Positions 45,615 to 53,969 of a stretch of DNA of 64,000 nucleotides are shown here, one piece after another (the first letter of the stretch is position 1; each line of letters opens with the position of its first letter). The notes beneath the pieces were generated by a model. It ran no database searches, was not told the origin of the DNA, and saw only the letters and a program-made list of their open reading frames with translations. A program made the translations under genes and the position numbers. Source of the DNA: an uncultured Pseudomonadota bacterium (lineage in GTDB: Bacteria > Myxococcota_A > Polyangia > Fen-1088); the NCBI GenBank assembly GCA_963725905.1, contig CAVSAG010000002.1, positions 1,140,514 to 1,204,513 on the forward strand, in the 5' to 3' direction.

Positions 45615-47587
45615 GGTCCCGTCCTTACGAAGGTGAAGTCGTCGAGGGTCACCGACTGGTTGGCGCCCGCCGTCGTCGTCACGCCGACCTGGCAGGTGCC
45701 GTTGGTGATCGCGATGCCGGTGATCGACACCTGCGTCCAGCCGGTCATCGCCTTGCTCAGTGCCGCGTCCTTTTCGGCGCCGCCGTAGCCGGAGGCGTAG
45801 AGGTTCGCCGTCGTCTGGCCGCCCGTGCTCTTGACCCAGACGCCGAGCGTGTACGTCCCGTTCGGAAGGCCGGTGACCGCCTGGCTCAGCGTCGCCTGGT
45901 AGGCGGCGGTGTACGAGAGTTGCCAGGCCCAGTTGCCGGTGTGGCCGCCCGAGACGTTGGTGTAGGGGGTGATGCCGCCGCCGGTCGTCGTGCTGGTCTT
46001 CCACCCGGCGGGCTGGGTCATTGCCACGCGGTCGGCCTCGAAGCTGGGGTTGAGCGCGAAGTTGTTGTCGGGTCCGACGCTCCAGGTGCCGGCCGCCGCG
46101 TTGAACGACCACTCGCTCATCGAGGCCATGCTGGGCGTTGTCCCGCTGAACGTCAGCGGACACCACTCGTTGAAGCCGAGGCCGTTGCCGGCGAAATCGC
46201 TCCAGCGGTCGCCCGCGAAGATCACCGTCGTGCCTGACGTACCCTTGACCGTGACGAAGAACCCCGTCTGCGTGACGTGGCTGAAGTCGTTGTCGGTGTT
46301 CCCGATGACACCCTCGGCGCCGTAGGGGCCCATGATGTTGCTCGCGGCGATGTAGTAGCTGTGCGAGGCGTTCCAGCCGTGCAGATCCGACGAGCAGAAG
46401 TAGTACATGCCGTTGTACTTGAACATCGTGTTCCCCTCCCGTCCGGCGCCGCCGAAGATGCGCGTCGCCGCGTCGATGCTCAGCGAATCGGCGGCATGCA
46501 CCGGCGCGACGTAGAGGTTGCTGCGCCCGCTGCTCGACGAGCAGATGAGGTAGGACTTGCCGTCGTCGTCGGTGAAGATCGTCTGGTCGCCCGTCGTCGT
46601 GTTGACGACGTTGGTGATTGCGGCCTGCACGTGATCGAAGGCGAACGTGCCCGTGGGCGTGTCGCTGGTTGCGAAAAGCTCGCCGGTCCCCGCCGGACCA
46701 CCCTGGTACTGCGAGATGAGCACGTACTTCTTGGTGGTGGCGTTGTAGACGACGCCCATCCGGCCGATCCAGGTCGCCGAATCGACGTTGGCGCCGAGGC
46801 TGGCGGTGGTCAGAACGTCGTTCTCGTGCTTCCAGGTGACGAGATCCGTCGACGAGTAGCAGGTGATCGCGGCGAAGCTGGTGTCGCTGTTCTTCTTGGT
46901 GTTGGCGGCGTAGCTGACGGCGCCGTTGTACTTCACCCCGTACCAGTAGTAGGTCCCGTTGAAGGTGAAGACGCCGCCCCCCTGCGAGTAGATCGGCGTC
47001 CCCGAGGTGTCCTTCCAGAAGATGTCGTTGTGAATCAGCGCGCCGGTCGCGGGCGCGCCCGCCGCGCCGCCGGTTCCGGTCGAGCCGCCGCTGCTGGCCC
47101 CGCCGGTGCCGGTCGCGCCCCCGCCGGCCGCGCCCGTCGATCCGCCTTTGCCAGCTCCCGCGCCCGCGGCGCCGCCCGTGCCGGGTGTCCCGCCGCCTCC
47201 ACCCGCCCCGGTCGCGCCACCGCTGGCACCGCCCGTGCCGCCGCCGGAGCCGGTCGCCCCGCCGCTTCCGGTCGCGCTGCCGCCGCTTCCGGTGACGCCG
47301 CCGGTGCTCACACCGGTTCCGCCCGTCCCGTTGGCACCGCCCGTCGCGCTCGCACCTCCCGAGCCCGTATCGCCGCCGGTTCCGGTCGTTCCACCGCTGC
47401 CGGTCGATCCACCTTGGCCGGAGCTTCCGCCCGACTCGCCGCCGCCACCGCTGGCGGTTCCGTCGCCCCCCTGTCCGCCGGTCGTGGTACCCGAGCCACC
47501 GCCGCAGCCGAGCACCGCGACGGCCACCAGCACGGCGGCGCGGGGCAGGGCGGCCGATCGTCTTCCAGCCTGGGGGCGAATGCGCAT
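45611..47587 (-). CDS. Glycoside hydrolase family 43-like five-bladed propeller lipoprotein with C-terminal CBM (CBM4_9/22-like)
   Basis: ATG at 47587 with GGAGG upstream; lipobox VAVLGC. ..FNGTYYWYG.., ..TGDQTIFTDDDGKSYL.., ..REGNTMFKYNGMYYF... C-terminus: ..NPSFE..GW..GHTGNWAWQLS..YTLGVWVKS... Confidence 0.8.
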   Translation of the reverse strand: MRIRPQAGRRSAALPRAAVLVAVAVLGCGGGSGTTTGGQGGDGTASGGGGESGGSSGQGGSTGSGGTTGTGGDTGSGGASATGGANGTGGTGVSTGGVTGSGGSATGSGGATGSGGGTGGASGGATGAGGGGGTPGTGGAAGAGAGKGGSTGAAGGGATGTGGASSGGSTGTGGAAGAPATGALIHNDIFWKDTSGTPIYSQGGGVFTFNGTYYWYGVKYNGAVSYAANTKKNSDTSFAAITCYSSTDLVTWKHENDVLTTASLGANVDSATWIGRMGVVYNATTKKYVLISQYQGGPAGTGELFATSDTPTGTFAFDHVQAAITNVVNTTTGDQTIFTDDDGKSYLICSSSSGRSNLYVAPVHAADSLSIDAATRIFGGAGREGNTMFKYNGMYYFCSSDLHGWNASHSYYIAASNIMGPYGAEGVIGNTDNDFSHVTQTGFFVTVKGTSGTTVIFAGDRWSDFAGNGLGFNEWCPLTFSGTTPSMASMSEWSFNAAAGTWSVGPDNNFALNPSFEADRVAMTQPAGWKTSTTTGGGITPYTNVSGGHTGNWAWQLSYTAAYQATLSQAVTGLPNGTYTLGVWVKSTGGQTTANLYASGYGGAEKDAALSKAMTGWTQVSITGIAITNGTCQVGVTTTAGANQSVTLDDFTFVRTGP

Positions 47588-47706
47588 CAATAGAGCCTCC
47601 AGACGAAGTAAGGGGCGCACTCCACGGATCTGTTGCCGCAGGGCGCCCGAACCGATCAATATTTCGCGCGTTTTGGCCGTTTGTCGCGCCGCGGTAGCAA
47701 GGCGCC

Positions 47707-47742
47707 AATGTCGGCAATGTCGGCAGTATCGGTATGTGTGGT
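47707..47742 (+). repeat. Degenerating 9-bp tandem repeat (AATGTCGGC AATGTCGGC AGTATCGGT ATGTGTGGT)
   Basis: Read directly from the sequence. It lies in the divergent promoter region and runs into the first possible start codon (47734) of the phosphoesterase gene. Confidence 0.6.
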
Positions 47743-48852
47743 CCGGAGCTTGCTGGAGCCGACGGCGTGCGCGGCCGACGATGGCAGGCAACCGCCGGAA
47801 CTTGCGGGATTGCGGTGCGCCCGCGCACCGGCGCCCGTCTCATTCCTGGTCGCTCGTGTCGCGAGCGTTCGGTTTCTTGTCGGACGCTCACCGTCGCGGC
47901 CGCGCTGGCGTCGGTCGCGCTTGCGGTCGGGTGCGGGCTCCCCCCGTCGGTGCAGGCCGCCAATCACTCGCAGAGCGCGCCCAGCTTTACCGTCGTGACC
48001 CTACCCGATACCCAGTACTACACGGCGGCTCATCCGGACATCCTCGACGCGCAGGTCGAGTGGGTGACGCGCGAGCGTGCCTCGCGGCAGATCGCGCTGC
48101 TCCTGCACGAGGGCGACATCGTCGATCGCGACGAACCGATTCAGTGGACGCGCGCCGCAAGCTCCCTGCGTCTGCTCGACGGTGTCGTCCCCTACGTCCT
48201 CGCCTCGGGCAACCACGACTACGCGCTCCGGGGGCACGTCATCACCCGCGACACGCTGCTCGATCGCTACTTCCCGCCCCGGCCGTCGGGGCTCTACGAG
48301 CCGGGGCGGAACGAGAACCGCTTCGAGATCGTCCAGGCGCCGGGCGGTCCGTGGCTGATCCTCTCGCTCGAGTTCGGCCCGCGCGACGGCGTCCTTGCCT
48401 GGGCCGACGGGATTGCCAGGCGCTACGCCGCGCTGCCGGCCATCGTCGTCACCCACGCCTACCTCACCTCGGATGACGAGCGCTTCGATCACCTCGACCA
48501 CCCCGATCAGCTCTGGAACCCGCACCGCTACCTCGACGACCGCGCCGCGGGCAGCGTCAACGACGGCCAGGAGATCTGGGACAAGCTGATCTCGCGCGAC
48601 GACAACATCCTGTTCGTCCTCTGCGGCCACGACCTGGGCGACGGGGTCGGGCGGCTCACCAGCGTGCGCGCCGACGGGACGATCGTTCATCAGATCCTGG
48701 CGAACTACCAGATGCAGGCGCAGGGGGGCGGGGGTTACCTGCGCCTGCTGCAGTTCTCGCCGGTGCAGCGCAGCGTGCGCGTGCGGACCTACTCGCCGTA
48801 CTTCGACGCCTTCAAGACCGATCCGGACAACGACTTCACCCTGGCGTACTGA
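47734..48852 (+). CDS. Calcineurin-like metallophosphoesterase lipoprotein
   Basis: Lipobox LAVGC. Motifs ..VTLPDTQYY.., ..HEGDIVD.., ..ASGNHD.., ..VVTHAY.., ..CGHDLG... The start is uncertain (ATG 47734 or GTG 47815). Confidence 0.8.
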   Translation: MCGPELAGADGVRGRRWQATAGTCGIAVRPRTGARLIPGRSCRERSVSCRTLTVAAALASVALAVGCGLPPSVQAANHSQSAPSFTVVTLPDTQYYTAAHPDILDAQVEWVTRERASRQIALLLHEGDIVDRDEPIQWTRAASSLRLLDGVVPYVLASGNHDYALRGHVITRDTLLDRYFPPRPSGLYEPGRNENRFEIVQAPGGPWLILSLEFGPRDGVLAWADGIARRYAALPAIVVTHAYLTSDDERFDHLDHPDQLWNPHRYLDDRAAGSVNDGQEIWDKLISRDDNILFVLCGHDLGDGVGRLTSVRADGTIVHQILANYQMQAQGGGGYLRLLQFSPVQRSVRVRTYSPYFDAFKTDPDNDFTLAY

Positions 48853-48877
48853 CGCCGACACCCAAAGGAGACGACAG

Positions 48878-49216
48878 ATGAAACGGATGCTGATGGCCCT
48901 GATCCCCGCCGCCCTGATGACGTTCGGAACCATGGCGCTCGCCGCCGACGCGCCCGCCGCCGCACCGGCCGCGAAGCCCGACTGCGCCGACAAGCAGAAG
49001 GCGCTCGACGACGCGAACGCGGCCGTGAAGACCGCCAGCGCCAAGCCCGACCTCACGAGCTGCAAGGACAAGAAGGGCAAGGACAAGACCGACTGCGAGA
49101 AGCCGCTCAAGGACAAGCAGAAGACCGACGCCAAGGACGCCAAGGCCAAGGCCAAGGATGCCAAGACGGCCCTCGACTGCTGCAAGAACCCGAAGAAGAA
49201 GGGCTGCGCCTCGTAG
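48878..49216 (+). CDS. 112-aa secreted Lys/Asp-rich protein with 6 Cys
   Basis: AAAGGAG SD, 25 nt after the phosphoesterase stop. Signal peptide MKRMLMALIPAALMTFGTMALA. The mature part begins ADAPAAAPAAKPDC.. and is K/D/A-rich, ending ..LDCCKNPKKKGCAS. Confidence 0.6.
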   Translation: MKRMLMALIPAALMTFGTMALAADAPAAAPAAKPDCADKQKALDDANAAVKTASAKPDLTSCKDKKGKDKTDCEKPLKDKQKTDAKDAKAKAKDAKTALDCCKNPKKKGCAS

Positions 49217-49335
49217 CCAACCTGGCGACCAAGACCGTGTCGCCGCCGGGCTGAGCAGCGCCGGCGGCGTCACGATGCGACTCCTCGGAGGACGCTTTTC
49301 CGGCTGGAAGGTGGTATCGTAAACGCACTACCTTC

Positions 49336-50061
49336 ATGCCGAACCTTAAGTTTCGCTCGGGTCGTTTCTTCGTCGTTGGTGTCCTCGGTACCGTGGCGGC
49401 CTGGGCCGTCGCCTGCCAGGGACCGCAAGAATTCTTCCGGGACACCGGGAACATCAACACGGGCGCGGGTGGCAACACGTCGTCGACCGGCGGTCAGGGC
49501 CAGGGCGGGTCGACGGCCACCGGCGGCGGCAGCGGCGGCACGATCGTCACCGGCGCCGGCGGCACCTCCTCCGGCGGGACGACGGGCACCGGCGGCTCGG
49601 GCACCGGCGGCGCCGCCACGGGCGGCGTGACGGGCGCTGCGGGTCGCGTGGGGAGCGGCGGCGCGACGGGTGCCGCGGGCACGACGTCGACCGGTGGCGC
49701 AACGGGCGCTGCAGGCCACATCGGCACGGGCGGCGCGACGGGGGCAGCCGGCACGACGGGCGCTGCCGGCACGACAGGCGCGGCCGGACGCATCGGCACG
49801 GGCGGCGTGACGGGCGCAGCCGGGACGACAGGCGCTGCCGGGACTACCGGCGCGGCCGGGACTACCGGCGCGGCCGGCGGCACGGGCGGTGGCGGCACGA
49901 CGGGCACGAACTGCGCCGACACGATCGTGATCAACGGCTACTCCGCGGGTGCTGCGTCAACCTTGCAGCACGTGCACGGAGAACAGGCTACGACAAGTCG
50001 GCGATCTGCGAGAGGGTCATCGACTGCTACGACAAGAACTTACCCTGCGGATCGGCCATGA
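49336..50061 (+). CDS. Lipoprotein with Gly-X-Y periodic region; the 3' part appears frame-disrupted (see findings)
   Basis: Lipobox AWAVAC. After ..[15 protein letters not shown].. the called frame becomes R/S/T junk, while a Cys-rich domain-like sequence continues in another frame to about 50.18-50.22 kb. Confidence 0.55.
   Translation: MPNLKFRSGRFFVVGVLGTVAAWAVACQGPQEFFRDTGNINTGAGGNTSSTGGQGQGGSTATGGGSGGTIVTGAGGTSSGGTTGTGGSGTGGAATGGVTGAAGRVGSGGATGAAGTTSTGGATGAAGHIGTGGATGAAGTTGAAGTTGAAGRIGTGGVTGAAGTTGAAGTTGAAGTTGAAGGTGGGGTTGTNCADTIVINGYSAGAASTLQHVHGEQATTSRRSARGSSTATTRTYPADRP
49624..49911 (+). repeat. 32 consecutive Gly-X-Y triplets (one interruption) with nested GAAGTT units
   Basis: Translation from G97: [96 protein letters not shown]. 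Confidence 0.8.
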
Positions 50062-50241
50062 ACTGTGCGCTCAACTGCAACAACATGGGAGCCGGCAACA
50101 ACTCTGGTGGGGCGGATAGCATCGTCACGGCTTGCGTGAACGCGCTCCTCGACCGCCGCCAACTGCGTTCAGCCGTACTAAGCCAATCTCGCCCGAGCGG
50201 GCGCTTGCGCCGCCACGGATGAGCCCGTAACTTTCGGGCCC

Positions 50242-51090
50242 ATGAAAAGCCCCTTCGTCTCTTCGCCGCCCTCGGGCTCCTCGGTTTCGCCGGCGCCGCG
50301 CACGCCGATCTCGATCTGCCGCGCCCGAGCCCGTTCGCCAAGGTCGTGCAGACCGTCGGCCTCACCGACATCACCGTCGACTACAGCAGCCCCGGCGTGA
50401 AGGGCCGCAAGATCTGGGGCGGCGTCGTCCCCTACGATCAGATGTGGCGGGCGGGGGCGAACAACGCCACCAAGCTCACCTTCAGCCGCGACGTCACCTT
50501 CGCCGACAAGCCGGTGCCGGCCGGGACGTACGCCTTCTTCGTCATCCCGACCAAGGGGGCCTGGACGGTCATCCTCAGCAAGAAGGCTGACCAGGCGGGG
50601 ACCGGGCGCGACTACAAGGAGGTGGAGGATCTCCTGCGGGTGAAGGTGACGCCCAAGGCGGCGCCGTTCCGCGAGCGGCTCGCTTACCTGGTCACCGACT
50701 TCACCGACGACAAGGCGTCGCTGGACCTCGAGTGGGAGAAGCTGCGGCTCGCCGATCCCGATTAGCGTCCAGACGTCGGCGCAGGCGCTGGCCAATATCA
50801 ACAACGCCATCGACAACGGCTGGCGGACTTACGCCAATGCCGCGCGCTACATGCTGGAGAACAAGAAGGACTACGACACCGGCATGAAGTATGTCGACCA
50901 GTCGCTGGCGCTGAAAGAGGACTGGTTCAATGTCTGGATCAAGGCGGAGCTGCAGGCGGCGAAGGGTGATCTGAAGGACGCCCGCGTGACCGGCGACCAC
51001 GCCTACGAGCTGGGCAAGAAGTCGCCGATGTTTTTCCTCGAGGGGGAGATCAAGAAGACCCTCGACGAGTGGAAGAAGAAGAAGGGCTAG
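50242..51090 (+). pseudogene. DUF2911-family secreted protein with TPR-like C-terminus, interrupted by at least two 1-nt frame shifts (or sequencing errors)
   Basis: ATG 50242 is out of frame with the signal peptide KPLRLFAALGLLGFAGAAHA and the DUF2911 body (..VVQTVGLTDITVDYSSPGVKGRKIWGGVVPYDQMWRAGAN..). The body stops at 50765 but continues colinearly in the next frame (..PIPISVQTSAQ..WRTYANAARYMLENKKDYD..) to 51090. Confidence 0.6.
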
Positions 51091-51097
51091 ACGAGGG

Positions 51098-52270
51098 CTA
51101 GACGCGCGGCGCGGGGCGGGCGGCGAGGACGCGGCGGTAGATCGCCAGGTAGCGGTCGACCGCCGGCTCGATCCGGTAGCGGCTCTCGGCGAGCCGGCGC
51201 GCGGCGCGCGAGAGCCGGCGGTGCAGATCGGCGTCGCCGAGGATTCGGGCGGCGGCGGCGGCCATCGCTTCGATGTCGCCGAGCGGGCAGAGCGCGCCGA
51301 CCTCGCCGTCGGGGATCACCTCGGGGAGACCGCCGACGGCGGAGGCGACCACCGGCACGCCGCAGGCCATCGCCTCCAGCGCCGCCAGGCCGAAGCTCTC
51401 GGTCTCGCTGGGGAGAAGAAAGAGATCGGCCTCTTGCAGGACCGCGGGGAGGTCGACCCGCTCGCCGAGGAACTCGACGTCGGTGCCGAGGGCGAGGGCG
51501 GCGGCGCGCGCCTCGACCGCCGCGCGGTCGGGACCGTCGCCGATGAGACGGAGTCGGGCAGGGCGGAGGACACGGAGGCGGGCGAACACCTCGACGACGT
51601 CGGCGACGCGCTTGACGGGGCGGAAGTTCGAGACGTGAACGACGATCGGCGTGCCGGGGAGCGGCCGCTCGCCGGGGACCGGGCGGAAGCGATCGGCGTC
51701 GACGAAGTTGGGGACGATCTCGATGTCGACCGTGTCGGGCACGCCCAACGTCTCGTGCGTCGCGCGCGCCAGCCAGGCGGACGGAGTGGTCACCGCGTCG
51801 CTGGAGGCGATCGAGAAGCGGGTGAGCGGCAGGAAGCTCGGATCGCTGCCGACCAGCGTGATGTCGGTGCCGTGCAGGGTCGTCACCAGCCGCGGGGCCG
51901 CCGCCCGGCCGCCGGCGTCGGAGGCCAGGACCTCGCGCGCCAGGTGTGCGCTCACGGCGTGCGGCAGCGCGTAGTGCGCGTGGACGACGTCGAGCTGCTC
52001 GCGGCGTGAGACCTCGACGATCTTCGAGGTGAGCGCCAGTGTGTACTGCGAGTGTTTGAGCTGGGGGTAGGCGGGTGGCGCGACCTTGTGGAAGGCGATG
52101 TTCGGCTGCGTCGGATCGAGGCGCCCGGGGACGTCGTCGCTGAAGAGATGCACGCTGTGCCCGCGGCGCGCCAGCGAGGTGGCGACCTCCGCGGCCACGA
52201 CGCCGCTGCCGCCGAAGGTCGAGAAGCAAACGACGCCGATTCGAAGCCTCGGTGCCGGGGTCTTGCTCAT
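51098..52270 (-). CDS. bshA: N-acetyl-alpha-D-glucosaminyl L-malate synthase (bacillithiol glycosyltransferase)
   Basis: Colinear with Bacillus BshA: ..RIGVVCFSTFGGSGVVA.., ..HAHYALPHAV.., ..TTLHGTDITLVG.DPS.., ..VHVSNFRPVKRV.., ..SETESFGLAALEAMACGVP... The ATG overlaps the bshC stop (ATGA). Confidence 0.9.
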   Translation of the reverse strand: MSKTPAPRLRIGVVCFSTFGGSGVVAAEVATSLARRGHSVHLFSDDVPGRLDPTQPNIAFHKVAPPAYPQLKHSQYTLALTSKIVEVSRREQLDVVHAHYALPHAVSAHLAREVLASDAGGRAAAPRLVTTLHGTDITLVGSDPSFLPLTRFSIASSDAVTTPSAWLARATHETLGVPDTVDIEIVPNFVDADRFRPVPGERPLPGTPIVVHVSNFRPVKRVADVVEVFARLRVLRPARLRLIGDGPDRAAVEARAAALALGTDVEFLGERVDLPAVLQEADLFLLPSETESFGLAALEAMACGVPVVASAVGGLPEVIPDGEVGALCPLGDIEAMAAAAARILGDADLHRRLSRAARRLAESRYRIEPAVDRYLAIYRRVLAARPAPRV

Positions 52271-53922
52271 GGCTCGAGGTCCTGCAGCTTGGTCGGGAAG
52301 GGGTCGCGTTCCAGGCGATCGAAGACCAGGGCCTTGAGTGTGGCCGGCCCGACGCGCCCCGCGAGCGACGGCCAGGCGTAGGCGCGTTCTTGCGGAGAGC
52401 CATCGGGCGCCAGCGCCAGCCGCACGCGCGCGAGGCGGGCGATCGCGGCGCCGTCGCTTTCGGCCAGCTTGCGCCCGTAACGCGCGGTGAGGCGCTGGAG
52501 CGCGCGGGCGACGTGCGCCCGCGTGCGGTCGGCGGCGCGCGCGAGGTTTCGGTCGCGCGGATCGAGCGCGGCGACGGTGGTGGCAATCTGGTCGATGACC
52601 GGCGCGATCTCCCGCGCGATCCGGTCTTTCAGATTCGCCGGGGACGGCGCCCGCGGGGGGAGCGCCGTCGGTCGGCCGGCCACGAGATCTTCGATCGGCG
52701 CCTCGAAGTCGTCGGCCGTGCGGCCGAGCTCGGCCAGACGCCGGCGCGTGTGGGGATCGAGGCAGCGAAACCGCGCGCGCGGAACCACCAGCGGTATCGT
52801 GAGGCCGAAATGGTCGTAGAGCGGGGCGAGCTGCCCGAAGTAGCTGACCTCCGCCGGTCCGCCGACATACGCGGCCGTGGGGAGGATCGTGTCTTGGACG
52901 ATCGGGCGCAGCAGGGCCGAGGTGGAGAAGCGGAGCGGATCGCGCGCCAGCGCGTCCGCGATCTCCGGCGCCGTCCAGCGTGCGTCGCAGCCGGCGAGGC
53001 GCCAGCGGGCCGCGGGCGCCGCCGGGTCGGCGGGGCGTTCCAGCCGGTAGCGGGGTCCCGTCGCGCCGTCGCGGTGGCCGAAGACGAGGGCGCAGCCGGC
53101 ACGGGTCGGGATCTGCTGCTCGAACCCCGCCGCGGTCAACGCCTCGCCCCGCTCCACGAGCCCGCGCTCGATCGCCTCGGCGCCGGCCAGCGCCTTTCGG
53201 TAGACCGGCGCCGCGAGGGCCGCGACCGCCGGGACGCGCGGGTCGAGGACGAGCAGCCCCTCGTCGGCGAACAGCGTCGCGAGGACCCCGGCGAACGCCT
53301 TGGCGATGCCCGCCCCGGCGCGGTAGTGGGCGCGCAGCAGGGCCAGCGTCTCCTCGGCCGCCGGGCCGGCGCCCAGCAGCTCGGCGAGCGCGTCGAGCCG
53401 GGCGTCGATCTCCGGCCCCAGGCGGCGGTGGGCGATCGAGGCGCGCGTCTCCGCCGGCGGCTCGGCGGGCAGCGACAGCTTGACCGGCTTGCCGCCAGGG
53501 CCGGCGATCGTGGCCGAGGCGATCTCGGCGAAGTCGTGGTCCTCCGTCTGCAGCCAGAAGAGCGGCACGCAGCGCACGCCGGCCTCGGCCGCCAGCGCGC
53601 GCGCCACCGCGATCGCCGACGCCGCCTTGTAGAAACCGTAGAGCGGTCCGAGAAAGAGCCCGACCTGCTGGCCGGTGACGACGACCGCGGTGCCGCCTCC
53701 GGCCAGCGCCTCGAGGTTCGCGGCGCGCGCCAGGCTGGGCGCGAGGGCGGCCTGCTGGGCCCCGAGCTCGGTGAGCAGGGCCGGGGCAGGGCGGCGCTCG
53801 GCTGCCGCGCGGGTGCGGGCGATCCGGTCTGCCCCCGATCGAAAGTCGAGCGGGATGAACGTGCGCGAGATCGCCTCGCCGGCGAGATACGAGCTTTCGA
53901 ATGCGCGAGGCACCGGGGGCAT
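52267..53922 (-). CDS. bshC: Bacillithiol biosynthesis cysteine-adding enzyme
   Basis: ..VVVTGQQVGLFLGPLYGFYKAASAI..VPLFWLQTEDHDFAEI.. matches the BshC signature (GGQQ.GL..GPLY...K; FW...EDHD..E). ~550 aa. Confidence 0.9.
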   Translation of the reverse strand: MPPVPRAFESSYLAGEAISRTFIPLDFRSGADRIARTRAAAERRPAPALLTELGAQQAALAPSLARAANLEALAGGGTAVVVTGQQVGLFLGPLYGFYKAASAIAVARALAAEAGVRCVPLFWLQTEDHDFAEIASATIAGPGGKPVKLSLPAEPPAETRASIAHRRLGPEIDARLDALAELLGAGPAAEETLALLRAHYRAGAGIAKAFAGVLATLFADEGLLVLDPRVPAVAALAAPVYRKALAGAEAIERGLVERGEALTAAGFEQQIPTRAGCALVFGHRDGATGPRYRLERPADPAAPAARWRLAGCDARWTAPEIADALARDPLRFSTSALLRPIVQDTILPTAAYVGGPAEVSYFGQLAPLYDHFGLTIPLVVPRARFRCLDPHTRRRLAELGRTADDFEAPIEDLVAGRPTALPPRAPSPANLKDRIAREIAPVIDQIATTVAALDPRDRNLARAADRTRAHVARALQRLTARYGRKLAESDGAAIARLARVRLALAPDGSPQERAYAWPSLAGRVGPATLKALVFDRLERDPFPTKLQDLEP

Positions 53923-53969
53923 CAACTATACTCGCCCGCACCGTCGGCGCCCGTCGCCGCGATCGATCC

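Noticed and set aside
50242-50765. Programmed ribosomal frameshifting to explain the DUF2911 frame breaks.
   Set aside because: There is no X-XXY-YYZ slippery heptamer or downstream stimulatory structure at either break. Further independent frame breaks occur in the neighbouring gene within a few hundred nt. Indels (real or sequencing-derived) are the simpler explanation.
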